Part shown: positions 50,354 through 60,825 of the stretch, in pieces
Numbering within the stretch: position 1 is the first letter of the stretch
How the letters are laid out: each line of letters opens with the position of its first letter
Source: Deltaproteobacteria bacterium
GTDB lineage: Bacteria > Desulfobacterota > Syntrophia > Syntrophales > JAFGHS01
DNA: 64,000 nt
Direction of reading: 5' to 3'
Assembly: GCA_016930075.1 (NCBI GenBank)
Contig: JAFGHS010000050.1
Location: 32,872-96,871, forward strand
Notes under the pieces: generated by a model
Databases searched by the model: none
What the model saw: only the letters and a program-made list of their open reading frames with translations
What the model was told of the DNA's origin: nothing
Position numbers and translations under genes: made by a program

Positions 50354-53300
50354 TTACCAGGTGTCCACAAGGGGGCGTTTTTTACCCGACCGGCGTTCGG
50401 GCGGCGAGGCTGATTTTAATACGCCTCTTACAATCCGGCGGGTGTCGGCGGGGTCGATGGCGTCGTCGATGCCGAAGGAGACGGCGGCGCTCATGGCCTT
50501 GCCTCGCTGGTAGGCCATCTCCACGAGTTCCGCGTATTTTTTGTTTCGTTCGTCGGCGTCTTTGATATCGGCGAGAAGCGTCCGGAATCCGAGTTTAACC
50601 TGCCCTTCCAGTCCCATGCCCCCGAACTCGCCCGTCGGCCAGGCAACCGTGGCGGCGGGCGCCTTGAAGTGCCCCCCGCCCATGGTCATGGCACCCAGTC
50701 CGTAGCCCTTTCTTAAGATAACGGTGATCGTGGGAACCGTCAGGCTGGCTCCGGTGACAAACATCCGGCAGGCATGGCGCACCAGGGCCGTCTTTTCGAT
50801 TTCAGGCCCCACCATGATGCCCGGCGTGTCGCACAGAAAAACAATCGGCAGGTCGAAGGCGTCGCAGAGCTGCATGAACCGGGCGGCCTTGTCGGCGCCG
50901 GGGGCGTCGATGGCCCCGGACAGATAAGACGGGTTATTGGCGATGAGGCCCAGGGGTCTGCCTTCAATGCGGATGAGGGCCGTGATCATGCCGAGGCCGA
51001 AGTATTTGCGCAGTTCCAGAACCGAACCCGTATCGGCCATCGTTTCGATGATTTCACGGGGATCATAAACCCGCAGCCGGTTCTCCGGAATGATATGGCG
51101 CAGGATCCGCTGGTCGGCGGCTTCCCATGTTTTGAGCGTTCCCTGAAAGTAAGAGAGATATTTTTTTGCGGCCCCGACGGCCTCCGCTTCATCCTTCACG
51201 GCCACATCGACGACGCCGTTGGGCGCCTGAACGGACATGGGGCCCACCTCATCGGGGTGGAACACCCCGAGGCCGCCCCCTTCGATCATGGCCGGTCCGC
51301 CCACGCCGATGCGGGAATTGGCGGTGGCAATAATGACGTCGCAGCAGCCCAGCATCATGGCGTTTCCCGCAAAGCAGTATCCGGAATTGACGCCGATGAC
51401 GGGAACCAGGCCGCTCAACTGGGAGAGGGTGCGCCAGCTCGGAATATCAAGTCCTCCTGTTCCGCCGCCCGGGACGGGACCGCCGGGCGTCGAGGCCGGC
51501 ATCGGAGCGCCTCCGCCGCCGGCCCGGCCGCCGCCGCCTTCGGTGAAAAAGATTACCGGCACGCGCAGTTGTTCCGCTACGTCCAGGATGCGGTCGGTTT
51601 TGCGATGGTTCAGTCCGCCCTGAGTCCCTGCCAAAACCGTATAGTCATAAGACAGGACGGCGCAGCGGGCAGCGGTTTCTTCAAACAAATCGCCGTTGAC
51701 GGAAGCAAGACCGACGTACATGCCGTCGCCGGGATAGCGTGTGATCAGTTCGTCCAGGGAGCGGCGCATGCCGAGGGGGAGCACCAAAGAACCGTATTCC
51801 ACAAACGAGCCGGGGTCGCACAAATCCTCAAGGTTTTCTCTCGCCGTCCGCTGCCCTGTGGCGCGGCGGCGTTCCACCGCATCCGGCCGGGCGCTGTCCG
51901 CCGTCGCCGCGTGGCGGTCGAGGACCTCTTTTAAATCCGGGCGGATCTTATTCAGGTCGTATTTTTTAGCGGCTTCCCGCCTTGCTGTCTCCGTCTCGGC
52001 CTCTTCGATCAAAACGAGGGGGTGACCGGCATAGACGGCGTCTCCGACGGCGACGGTCATGCGGCGGATGATGCCGCTTACGGGCGCCTGCAACTCATGC
52101 TCCATCTTCATGGCTTCCATGATGAGGATGATTTCGCCTGCCTGCACCGTATCGCCGGAGAGCTTTTCAATTTTCCAGATCGTTCCCTGAATCCGGGAAC
52201 GGACGATGATGAGGCCGTCCGGCGATTTCATGGCCGTTTCATCGGCAATATACGTTGAGGAAGCGTCATCGTCTGCCAGTTGGCGCGTGGCCTTGCCGTG
52301 CTGCAGGACCGCCAGCGGGTCCGCATCATCCACGGCGGCGCCGGCAAAACGCGCATCCACGTCGTTTTCAAAATAAAGACGGCGGTGGCTTCCGTCCTCC
52401 TGTGCGAGCAATTCCCCGGCGTGATCCTCCATAAACCGGGTGTATAAATCCCCGGCCCGGACGGCGTCATGGCTTAAGATATTCTGCAAAAACGGGATGT
52501 TTGTCGGCACGCCCGCAATCCTGAATTCGCCGAGGGCGCGATAGAGCTTGTTTACGGCCTCGGAAAACCGGTCTGAATGCGTGTGGCAGATCACCTTGGC
52601 CAGGAGCGAATCATACCGGGCGCTCGTTTGGTAATCGCGGTATCCGAAGGTGTCGGTCCGGATGCCGGCCCCCGAAGGAATCTCAAAGGCGCTGAGGATG
52701 CCCCCCGCGGGCTGGGGAACGCCGTCTTTGTCCATCGTTTCCATATTCACCCGCGCCTGGATCGCGAATCCCTTCGGTCTGGGAATATGGTTCTGTTCCA
52801 GCCCCAGTTCCGCGATGGTGGCGCCCTGGGCCAGGCGCAGCTGAATCTGCACCAGATCCAGTCCCGTCGCCTCTTCCGTCACCGTGTGTTCGACCTGCAA
52901 GCGGGGGTTGACTTCAATAAAGGCAAAGGCGCCGTCGTCTTTGATGTCATCGACGTCCACCAGAAATTCAAACGTGCCGAGATTGTTATACCTGGTGTTG
53001 GCCGCCAGACGGCATGCGGCGTCGATGATGTTTTGCCGGAGCCCTTCGGGCAGGCCGGGACTGGGGGCGCATTCAATCAGCTTCTGGTGTCGGCGCTGGA
53101 TGCTGCACTCCCTTTCCCAAAGGTGCGAGACGGCGCCGGTTCCGTCGCCGATGATCTGCACCTCAATGTGGCGGGCTCTGGGAATCAGTTGTTCGACGTA
53201 GACATCGCCGTTGCCGAAGGCCTGCTGCGCCTCAAAGCGGCAGCGGTTCACGGCAGTTTCGATATCCTCAAACTGCCAGGCTTCTTTGATGCAGCGGCCG

Positions 53301-53794
53301 CCGCCGCCGGCCACGGCCTTGATCATAAGGGCGCTGCCTTCGGGGAGAAATGACCTGAATTCCTGCGCCACATTAACCGTTGTGGCGCCGTAGGTGCCGG
53401 GCAGGACAGGGACATTATTTTGCCGCGCTGCGGCTTTCGCCTGGAGTTTGTGGCCGAAGAGGTCCAGCAGCTCGGCACGGGGGCCGACAAAGACAATGCC
53501 CTCCTCCTCGCAGCGCCTCGCAAACGCCGCGTTTTCACTGAGGAACCCGTAGCCTGGATGGATGGCGTTGCAGCCCGACGCTTTTGCCGTGCCGATGATT
53601 TGCTCTATGTCCAGATAAGCGGCGGCGCCCTGACCCCTCAGGGCTCTCGCTTCGTCCGCTTTCTTGATGTGCAAAGACCGGCTGTCGTCTTCGGAATAGA
53701 CGGCAACCGTGTATATTCCCATTTCCGCAGCGGCGCGGAGGATGCGAACCGCAATCTCGCCGCGATTGGCCGCAAGCAGGCGCATATCCGTCAT
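50354..53794 (-). CDS. Single-chain acyl-CoA carboxylase (BC-BCCP-CT fusion)
   Basis: ANRGEIA, HPGYGFLSE, EVNPRLQVEH, biotin motif EAMKM, CT motifs YDYTVLAGTQG, DTPG.MVG. Confidence 0.93.
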   Translation of the reverse strand: MTDMRLLAANRGEIAVRILRAAAEMGIYTVAVYSEDDSRSLHIKKADEARALRGQGAAAYLDIEQIIGTAKASGCNAIHPGYGFLSENAAFARRCEEEGIVFVGPRAELLDLFGHKLQAKAAARQNNVPVLPGTYGATTVNVAQEFRSFLPEGSALMIKAVAGGGGRCIKEAWQFEDIETAVNRCRFEAQQAFGNGDVYVEQLIPRARHIEVQIIGDGTGAVSHLWERECSIQRRHQKLIECAPSPGLPEGLRQNIIDAACRLAANTRYNNLGTFEFLVDVDDIKDDGAFAFIEVNPRLQVEHTVTEEATGLDLVQIQLRLAQGATIAELGLEQNHIPRPKGFAIQARVNMETMDKDGVPQPAGGILSAFEIPSGAGIRTDTFGYRDYQTSARYDSLLAKVICHTHSDRFSEAVNKLYRALGEFRIAGVPTNIPFLQNILSHDAVRAGDLYTRFMEDHAGELLAQEDGSHRRLYFENDVDARFAGAAVDDADPLAVLQHGKATRQLADDDASSTYIADETAMKSPDGLIIVRSRIQGTIWKIEKLSGDTVQAGEIILIMEAMKMEHELQAPVSGIIRRMTVAVGDAVYAGHPLVLIEEAETETARREAAKKYDLNKIRPDLKEVLDRHAATADSARPDAVERRRATGQRTARENLEDLCDPGSFVEYGSLVLPLGMRRSLDELITRYPGDGMYVGLASVNGDLFEETAARCAVLSYDYTVLAGTQGGLNHRKTDRILDVAEQLRVPVIFFTEGGGGRAGGGGAPMPASTPGGPVPGGGTGGLDIPSWRTLSQLSGLVPVIGVNSGYCFAGNAMMLGCCDVIIATANSRIGVGGPAMIEGGGLGVFHPDEVGPMSVQAPNGVVDVAVKDEAEAVGAAKKYLSYFQGTLKTWEAADQRILRHIIPENRLRVYDPREIIETMADTGSVLELRKYFGLGMITALIRIEGRPLGLIANNPSYLSGAIDAPGADKAARFMQLCDAFDLPIVFLCDTPGIMVGPEIEKTALVRHACRMFVTGASLTVPTITVILRKGYGLGAMTMGGGHFKAPAATVAWPTGEFGGMGLEGQVKLGFRTLLADIKDADERNKKYAELVEMAYQRGKAMSAAVSFGIDDAIDPADTRRIVRGVLKSASPPERRSGKKRPLVDTW

Positions 53795-53851
53795 ATCCTT
53801 ATGTTCTCCTTAATACGAACACTCATGCCCGTCGCGGGCACAACAAAGCAT

Positions 53852-53937
53852 GAGAATACAGAAGCCGGGAGTCAGGAGCCGGAATAACCATGATATTGAT
53901 TTTCTTCTGAATTATGAATTCTGACTTCTGTATTCTC
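53852..53937. repeat. Heptamer-built hairpin (CAGAAGC/CAGGAGC ... CTGACTT/CTGTATT)
   Basis: GAGAATACAGAAG...CTTCTGTATTCTC inverted ends with 7-nt periodicity. Confidence 0.7.
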
Positions 53938-53945
53938 GTAAAAAC

Positions 53946-55061
53946 CTATTCGGGGCGCGTAATGACGACCCGCACGGTCCGGGGAGGCGTCTTGCTCAGG
54001 GTAATCGCATTGGCCGGACAAAAATGTGCGCACACGCCGCAGCCGATGCAACGATCAGGATCGACGTGCGAAACGCCGTCTTCGCCCAGTTTGATGGCAT
54101 CCGTATGGCAGCGGATCGCGCATGTCCCGCAGCCTTTGCAGATGTCCGGGTCCACATGGGACAGATAGGTGGCAACATTGACGACGAATCGGGTCGAATT
54201 CCCGCAGCAGTCCTTGCAGCAATTGCAGATGCTCGTCTCATCCTTGGTGATGTCGAAATTGGGATGGTAGGCCTTGTGGACCAGACCGTCCTCCTCCGAT
54301 TTCATGAGAATCTCCAGGGCCTCTTTTTTGTCGATCATGCGCATGAAGCCGTTTTCCGTGGTGAAGCGCGCCGACTTGCCGAAGGTAAAGCAGGTCTCCC
54401 GCAGGTCCGTCTGCTTGCAGTGCTTGCCTTCCGTGTCTTTGTGCTGGCGGCAGAAACAGTAACCCACGGCAATCTCATCGAACTTCTCGATCAGTTCCTT
54501 CACGTCGCCCGTCAGGAGTATCCGGTCCGCCGCATCCTGGGCTACTTCTTCATTGATGTCTATGACCGTACGCTTGCCGGTTGCCTTGTTCGTCCGGATA
54601 GGAACCGTCCGATCAGGAGGCGGGATGACCTTGATGATTTCCGCCCACTGTTCCGGCTTAATCGCATTGAGTCCCCCCCTTTCAGAAAAAAGTTTGGTGA
54701 ATAAAGCAGCCAGACGTTTTTCTTCCTCCGTGTAGGTCAGTTTTTTCATAAAGGTGTATTCGAAAATGCCGACATTGGCCAGAGGAAGCAGGCGAAATAC
54801 GAGGACGCCTGCCGAGTTCGGCTGGTTGAAGATGACGCCTTTTTTAGCCAGGGCGCTGGTCTTCTCCAGGACTTCTTCCTCCGACAATCCGCTTGCTTCC
54901 TTCAACTGATCGATGCTCTGAGACTTGCTCTTCTTAAAAGTCAAAAGCAGGTCAAGCTGATCTTCCTTCACCAGCTCTTTAATAATGTCTACCAGCGTAT
55001 CGGAAGCGCCCCTGCTGCTGATCGTTTCAGCCACCGCCCGGTATTTCTCATCTGTGTTCAT
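53946..55061 (-). CDS. 4Fe-4S dicluster-binding protein with N-terminal winged-helix-like region
   Basis: C.CR, ICNCC.DCC, two CxxCxxCxxxC(P/H) ferredoxin motifs. Confidence 0.88.
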   Translation of the reverse strand: MNTDEKYRAVAETISSRGASDTLVDIIKELVKEDQLDLLLTFKKSKSQSIDQLKEASGLSEEEVLEKTSALAKKGVIFNQPNSAGVLVFRLLPLANVGIFEYTFMKKLTYTEEEKRLAALFTKLFSERGGLNAIKPEQWAEIIKVIPPPDRTVPIRTNKATGKRTVIDINEEVAQDAADRILLTGDVKELIEKFDEIAVGYCFCRQHKDTEGKHCKQTDLRETCFTFGKSARFTTENGFMRMIDKKEALEILMKSEEDGLVHKAYHPNFDITKDETSICNCCKDCCGNSTRFVVNVATYLSHVDPDICKGCGTCAIRCHTDAIKLGEDGVSHVDPDRCIGCGVCAHFCPANAITLSKTPPRTVRVVITRPE

Positions 55062-55196
55062 AGGTCCTCCATAATGTTTTTAACTCGAAATAAATTACCG
55101 ATCCCTTACTATGATTGAAAGCCTACTGTAAAGACAAAATTCAACAGTCAGGGGAGGGAATTAGAGGGCGTCCTCAGGTTCGTAATGCAAAGAGAA

Positions 55197-56174
55197 TTAA
55201 TGCCCTAAAATCGGGTGTGGTTGATAAAGCTCTTCCAGAAACAGCAGCTCCTCCGGAGACAGCTTGATGTCGATGGCAGCAAAGGCCTCATCGAGATGCT
55301 GCAACTTGGTCGAACCGACAATGGGCGCTGTGACGTCCTGTTGATGCAGCATCCAGGCCAGGGCGATTTGCATGCGGCTCACGCTGCGTTGGGAAGCCAG
55401 TTCGGCGACGCGATTGGCGATCGTAAAATCGCTGTCCCGAAAGTACATGTTGTGCATGGACTTGTCGTTTTGGGAGCGGCTTGTCTCGCCCCTGTTTTCA
55501 GCCGTCCGTCCTCCGGCAAGGAATCCTCGCGCCAACGGGCTCCAGGGGATGACGCCGATGCCCTGTTCGCGGCAAAGCGGCAGCATCTCGCGTTCTTCTT
55601 CACGATAAATCAGATTATAGTGGTTTTGCATGGAGACGAAGCGGGTCCATCCGTGCTTTTCCGCCGTGTACAGCGCTTTGGAAAACTGCCAGGCGTACAT
55701 GGACGATGCACCGATGTAACGCGCTTTCCCGGCCTTGACCACGTCATGAAGGGCTTCCAAGGTCTCTTCGATCGGCGTTCGGCTGTCCCAGCGGTGAATC
55801 TGATAAAGATCGACGTAATCCATGCCCAGCCGCTGCAAAGAATCGTCTATGGCATGCATGATGTACTTTTTGGACAGGCCCATGCGGTTCGGTTTTTCGC
55901 CCATGGGAGCAAAAACTTTCGTGGCCAGGACAATCTCTTCCCGCCTGGCGAAGTCCTTCAGGGCGCGACCTACGACGCGTTCGCTTTCTCCCAGCGAGTA
56001 CGAATCTGACGTGTCAAAAAAGTTTACACCCGCTTCCAGGGCTTTCTTGATGAACGGACGGGACTCCTCTTCGCCGAGCGCCCAACCATGCCACTTGCTT
56101 TCGCCATAACTCATGCAGCCTAAACAAATTCGCGATACCCGCAAACCAGTTTTTCCTAAACGGACATACTTCAT
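55197..56174 (-). CDS. Aldo/keto reductase
   Basis: LG.TGLRVSRICLGCM, FFDTSD.Y, DYVDLYQIHR, IPWSPLARG. Confidence 0.95.
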   Translation of the reverse strand: MKYVRLGKTGLRVSRICLGCMSYGESKWHGWALGEEESRPFIKKALEAGVNFFDTSDSYSLGESERVVGRALKDFARREEIVLATKVFAPMGEKPNRMGLSKKYIMHAIDDSLQRLGMDYVDLYQIHRWDSRTPIEETLEALHDVVKAGKARYIGASSMYAWQFSKALYTAEKHGWTRFVSMQNHYNLIYREEEREMLPLCREQGIGVIPWSPLARGFLAGGRTAENRGETSRSQNDKSMHNMYFRDSDFTIANRVAELASQRSVSRMQIALAWMLHQQDVTAPIVGSTKLQHLDEAFAAIDIKLSPEELLFLEELYQPHPILGH

Positions 56175-56390
56175 CTCTTCCCCCTTATTGAAGATTTATC
56201 GATATTCAGTTCACTCGGACTTATACGATATAACAAAGAATAAGACAAATGATAATGGTAATGGGCTGTGGGATTATAAAAACGAGCCTGTCAAGTTTAA
56301 CGACTTTTTTAAAGTCCGGATGCTATGCTATTAAAAAAGCTTTTCCATGTCCTGCAATGTCATCGGTTATTTCGGGTGCAATGCAACCGC

Positions 56391-58361
56391 TCACGCCCCG
56401 GTGCGGGCTTCCTGATAATCCTTAACGGGCATCAACTGCCAGGCGTCGGGGCCCTGCAAATTGAGCACGTAATGGTGATAGTTCAGGATGCTGCTCCGGT
56501 GGCCGACGCTGATGTAATGGATGCCCATTTCCTTGAGCTTGCCGTAGAGGTTGGCTTCGTTGTCCATATCGAGGGCGCTGGTGGCCTCGTCAAGAACGGC
56601 GAATTTCGGCCGGTTGACAAGGAGGCGGGCGAAGGCCAGGCGCTGCTGCTCGCCCAGAGACAGAACGTCCGCCCAATCCAGGGCCGTGTCGAATCCGCCG
56701 ACCCGTTCCGGCAGCCCTTCCAGGTTGACCTGCTTTAAAACGTCCGACAGCTCCGCATCGGAGACTTGACGCTCCGCCCGCGGATAGATGAGCTGATCCC
56801 GCAGGGTTCCCAGAAGCATGTAGGGGCGCTGGGGGAGAAAGAAGATATCCTTCAGGGCCGGGCGCCTGACGGCGCCTTTGCCCTGGGTCCACAAGCCGGC
56901 GACGGCGCGCAGGAGTGAGCTTTTTCCCACGCCGCTTGAGCCGACAATGACCAGGTTGTCTTTTACGGGCAGGTCCACAGTCAGGTCGCAAAAGAGGGTC
57001 CGCTCTTTGTTCGGCGTCCGGAGGGTTAAATCGTTTAAAGCGAATCGGTCCGCTTCGGCCGACGCAATGCCTCCCGCCTCCCGCTGCCCCGGTTCGACGG
57101 CGTCGGAGAAGGCGGAAAGACGCTCAACGCCGGCGGCGAAGTTGGTGATCTGCTCGATTTGTGAGACAATGAGAGACAGGGCGCCGTAAACCTGGAGAAA
57201 GGCGAAATTGGCCTGCACCATGTCTCCATATTCAATCTTGCCGCTGAAATAGGGGGGAAATAAAATCAGGAAAGGCAGAACCACGGGCAGGTAGCTGTAG
57301 GCCGTGGTGAAAAACGACAGGTTCCGCTGCCAGCCGATGAGGAGATTGAAGTTGCCCAGGACATTGCGGAAGCGCTCGGCGATCGTTTCCACCTCCGGCT
57401 TTTCCCCCTGATAAAAGGCGATGGATTCCGCGTTGTCCCGCACATGGACGAGGGAGTAGCGGAAATCCGCCTCGTACCGCAGTTGATTGAAATTGAGGCG
57501 GACAAGGCGGCGGCCGATCAGGACGGTAAGGGCCGTGCCGATAAGGGAGTAGCCAAGGACGACGCCCACCAGCAGGGTTGATTTCGACCAGAGGATCCCG
57601 GAGAAGGAGACGATGTCCATGACGGCGCCCAGAATCACAAGAAGAAAGGCCAGGGACGTACGGGTGAAGGAGCGGACGTCCTCCATGATCCGCTGATCGG
57701 GGTTGTCGATGCGGCCTTCCATCTCTATTTCATAGTAGCTGCGGTTTTTGAAATATTTTTCCAGGAAGTCCCCCGTCATCCATTCCCGCCACCGCATGCC
57801 CAGGTAGTTCTGCACGTAATGATAGAAGGCGACGATGGGGATGCCGATGAGGAAGCCGGCAAAATAGACGGCCACAAACGTATAGGCCATGTCCTGGTTT
57901 TTTTTCACCAGGGCGTTGGTGAAGTAATTGCCGATGTAGCTGAAGGCGACGTTTATGCCTGTCACGGACAGGGATAAAATAAGGACGATTGCCAGAAGCG
58001 TCCAGGCCCGCCGGCGATTCTTAAGGTGTCCGCCAAAAAAAATAAAGCAGGCCGCCGGGATGATAAGAATGCCGATGACGATCATCCAGGCTTTGGATGT
58101 GAACGCATTTGTTACCATACCCAGCAGGCCGCCGGCCGTTTTTGAGACCAGATCGGGGGCGAAGTAATTGACGGTAACAATAAGACCTGAAACGGTCAAA
58201 AACAGGACGCCGAAAAGAAAGATCAAAAGCATGACGAGGAGCAGCAGCATGGCCCAGCCGCCGCGGGGAATAAGGGGGAAAAAATAGGGCTGGGCGATGG
58301 CGACGAATCGTTTCCATAATGAAGGTTTTTCCTGGCTCATTGACAAAAATATCCTTTCCAT
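56391..58361 (-). CDS. ABC transporter permease/ATPase fusion (YddA/ABCD-like)
   Basis: DNPDQRI, EADFRYSL..VRDNAESIAFY, GSSGVGKSS, LSLGEQQR, LDEATSALD, SVGHR. Confidence 0.92.
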   Translation of the reverse strand: MERIFLSMSQEKPSLWKRFVAIAQPYFFPLIPRGGWAMLLLLVMLLIFLFGVLFLTVSGLIVTVNYFAPDLVSKTAGGLLGMVTNAFTSKAWMIVIGILIIPAACFIFFGGHLKNRRRAWTLLAIVLILSLSVTGINVAFSYIGNYFTNALVKKNQDMAYTFVAVYFAGFLIGIPIVAFYHYVQNYLGMRWREWMTGDFLEKYFKNRSYYEIEMEGRIDNPDQRIMEDVRSFTRTSLAFLLVILGAVMDIVSFSGILWSKSTLLVGVVLGYSLIGTALTVLIGRRLVRLNFNQLRYEADFRYSLVHVRDNAESIAFYQGEKPEVETIAERFRNVLGNFNLLIGWQRNLSFFTTAYSYLPVVLPFLILFPPYFSGKIEYGDMVQANFAFLQVYGALSLIVSQIEQITNFAAGVERLSAFSDAVEPGQREAGGIASAEADRFALNDLTLRTPNKERTLFCDLTVDLPVKDNLVIVGSSGVGKSSLLRAVAGLWTQGKGAVRRPALKDIFFLPQRPYMLLGTLRDQLIYPRAERQVSDAELSDVLKQVNLEGLPERVGGFDTALDWADVLSLGEQQRLAFARLLVNRPKFAVLDEATSALDMDNEANLYGKLKEMGIHYISVGHRSSILNYHHYVLNLQGPDAWQLMPVKDYQEARTGA

Positions 58362-58596
58362 GGATAATGATGCGGTAAAAATACAGAAACTTCACATAAT
58401 TTGCAAAATAAAGATTGGCGGGGCTGAACCGCCGACCCGGCATGGATTATCGGTATAGCCGTCCACTTTATGATGAGCCGCCTTTCTTCTTGAATTATGA
58501 TCATGTTGTGTGTATCGTGCACCGGTGTTTGAGTTGAGAATAAAATCTACAGACCTTTTGCCGTCCTTCGGGGTTTTGTGTTTTGGGGTTTAATCC

Positions 58597-60684
58597 ATGT
58601 CATTTTTAAAAAAAAGAAGATTCTTATGGTCTGTCGGCGGTGCCTTTTTGGCGGGGGTGATTCTGGTTATATTTGCGTCCAGCCCCTGGGCCAAATCCAT
58701 CTATCCCGGCAGCTCCGACAAACTGATCGCTAAAACCGTAGCAGCCCTTATGAAAAGCGAACATCTTTCGGGACACTTGCTGGATAGAGAGATTTCGGAG
58801 CGCTGCTTCCGGAATTTCTTCCAGACCCTCGATCCGCAAAAGGTTTTCTTTTATCAATCCGACATTGATGCATTCAGCCGCCAGAAAGAAAAGCTGGCCG
58901 GGATGATCGAGCAGGGCGACATCGGCTTTGCCTATGAAGTCTTCAGGACATACCGGGTCCGCATCGACGAACGCATCCGGACCATTGAGAGCCTGCTTGC
59001 AGCGCCGCAGGATTTCAGCCGCGACGAGGAAATGGTGATCGCCAAAGATTTGATCACGTATGCCCGGACGCCGGCAGAAGCCCGTGATCGCTGGCGTCAG
59101 AGGCTGAAATATGAGATTTTGCTTCTCAGGGCCGATAAGGCCATGGGCAAGGCCGAATCGGGCGATACGATGGCACCGGAAAAACGTCTGCTCCGCCGCT
59201 ACCGGAGCTTTGCCAAGCAGATGCACCAGACGGATAATGAAGAGCTTTCAGGCATCTATCTGACGGCCCTGACGACGGCCTTCGATCCACATTCGGTCTA
59301 TATGTCGCCGCGCATAACAGAGAATTTTGAAATTGCCATGCGTCTTGAGCTGGAAGGGATCGGCGCATCCCTGAATTCCGTGGACGGCTATACGATCGTC
59401 AAAGAGATCATCCCCGGCGGGGCCGCGGACCGCGACGGCCGGTTGAAGGTGGAGGACAAGATTATCGGCGTCGGGGAAGGAATAAACGGCGAAGTGCATG
59501 ATGTGGTTGATATGAAGTTAAACGATGTCGTCAAGATGATCCGTGGAAAGGCCGATACGATCGTTCGCCTCCAGGTCCTCACCGTCAAGGATGAGCAAAA
59601 GCTCATCACAATCAAACGGGCAAAGATCGAGTTGAAGGACCGGGACGCCCAGGGTGAAATCTTTGAAGCCGGGCATCACGGGAAGGGCCGGGCCGTCAAA
59701 ATAGGCGTCATCGATCTGCCCAGTTTTTACATGGATGCGGCAGGCGCCAACAAGGGACAAGCCGATTATAAAAGCACCACGCGGGACGTACGGAAAATCC
59801 TGGAGGATTTTAAGCGAAAAGGCGTAGATGCCGTCGTCCTCGATCTGAGGAGAAACGGCGGCGGGTCGCTGCCTGAGGCAATCAATCTGACGGGGCTTTT
59901 CATTATGGATGGTCCTGTCCTGCAGGTCAAAGATGCGGAGGGCCGCATTTATCCCCATCCGGATCCCGATGAGCGTATGGTCTGGTCGGGTCCGCTGGTC
60001 CTGATGACCAGCCAGTTCAGCGCCAGTGCCAGCGAGATTCTTGCGGGCGCCATACAGGATTACGAACGGGGCCTTGTTGTCGGCGATGAGGCCACGCACG
60101 GCAAGGGAACCGTGCAGAATCTGATCGATCTGGATCGCCTGAGATCGCGCCTGTTGAATCCGCAGACAAAAATGGGCTCCCTGAAAATCACGACGCAGCA
60201 ATTCTTCCGGCCCAGCGGCGCCAGCGTGCAAAAAAGGGGCGTCCGGTCGGATATCGAACTGCCGTCGCTGACCACCCATCTTGATGTCGGCGAATCGGAC
60301 CTCGAATACGCTGTGCCCTTCGACAAGGTACCGCCGCAACGTTTTATGACATTCGGCAATGTCAACAAGGATTGGCTGGATCAACTCCGGCGGCGCTCCG
60401 ATATCCGCGTGAAGGCCTCCGAGAAATTCCGGAAGGTTGTTCAGAATATTGAGCTTTATAAGGTGCAGAAAAACCGGAAAACCGTCAATCTTCATGAGGC
60501 AAAATTTCTTAAAGAACGGGCGGCGTTTAACGCGGAGCGGGAAGATGAAAACGGACCGGATGATACGAACCGGGACGTCAAAAGAGGCATAAAACGGGAC
60601 TATTATCTCAATGAAGTCATGGCAATTACGGTGGATTACCTGGATCTCCAGCGCTATATTGTCGATGAAAAAGACGCAGCCTGA
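58597..60684 (+). CDS. prc: Carboxy-terminal processing (tail-specific) protease Prc
   Basis: DPHS.Y, PDZ GIGA, DLRRNGGG, SASASEI, GKGTVQ. Confidence 0.92.
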   Translation: MSFLKKRRFLWSVGGAFLAGVILVIFASSPWAKSIYPGSSDKLIAKTVAALMKSEHLSGHLLDREISERCFRNFFQTLDPQKVFFYQSDIDAFSRQKEKLAGMIEQGDIGFAYEVFRTYRVRIDERIRTIESLLAAPQDFSRDEEMVIAKDLITYARTPAEARDRWRQRLKYEILLLRADKAMGKAESGDTMAPEKRLLRRYRSFAKQMHQTDNEELSGIYLTALTTAFDPHSVYMSPRITENFEIAMRLELEGIGASLNSVDGYTIVKEIIPGGAADRDGRLKVEDKIIGVGEGINGEVHDVVDMKLNDVVKMIRGKADTIVRLQVLTVKDEQKLITIKRAKIELKDRDAQGEIFEAGHHGKGRAVKIGVIDLPSFYMDAAGANKGQADYKSTTRDVRKILEDFKRKGVDAVVLDLRRNGGGSLPEAINLTGLFIMDGPVLQVKDAEGRIYPHPDPDERMVWSGPLVLMTSQFSASASEILAGAIQDYERGLVVGDEATHGKGTVQNLIDLDRLRSRLLNPQTKMGSLKITTQQFFRPSGASVQKRGVRSDIELPSLTTHLDVGESDLEYAVPFDKVPPQRFMTFGNVNKDWLDQLRRRSDIRVKASEKFRKVVQNIELYKVQKNRKTVNLHEAKFLKERAAFNAEREDENGPDDTNRDVKRGIKRDYYLNEVMAITVDYLDLQRYIVDEKDAA

Positions 60685-60689
60685 GGAGA

Positions 60690-60809
60690 ACGTGAAGCGT
60701 ATCTCGTGAAGCGGGAAGCGTGAAGCGTGGAGCGCAGAATGTGGATCATGTTCTGCGCATCACGAAAGACGAGCGACGCACCACGAACGACGGATTTCAC
60801 GCTTCACGT
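60690..60809. repeat. Heptamer (CGTGAAG)n hairpin element
   Basis: ACGTGAAGCGT...ACGCTTCACGT outer IR, GCGCAGAA..TTCTGCGC inner IR. Confidence 0.75.
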
Positions 60810-60825
60810 ATGGGGGGAACAAGAA

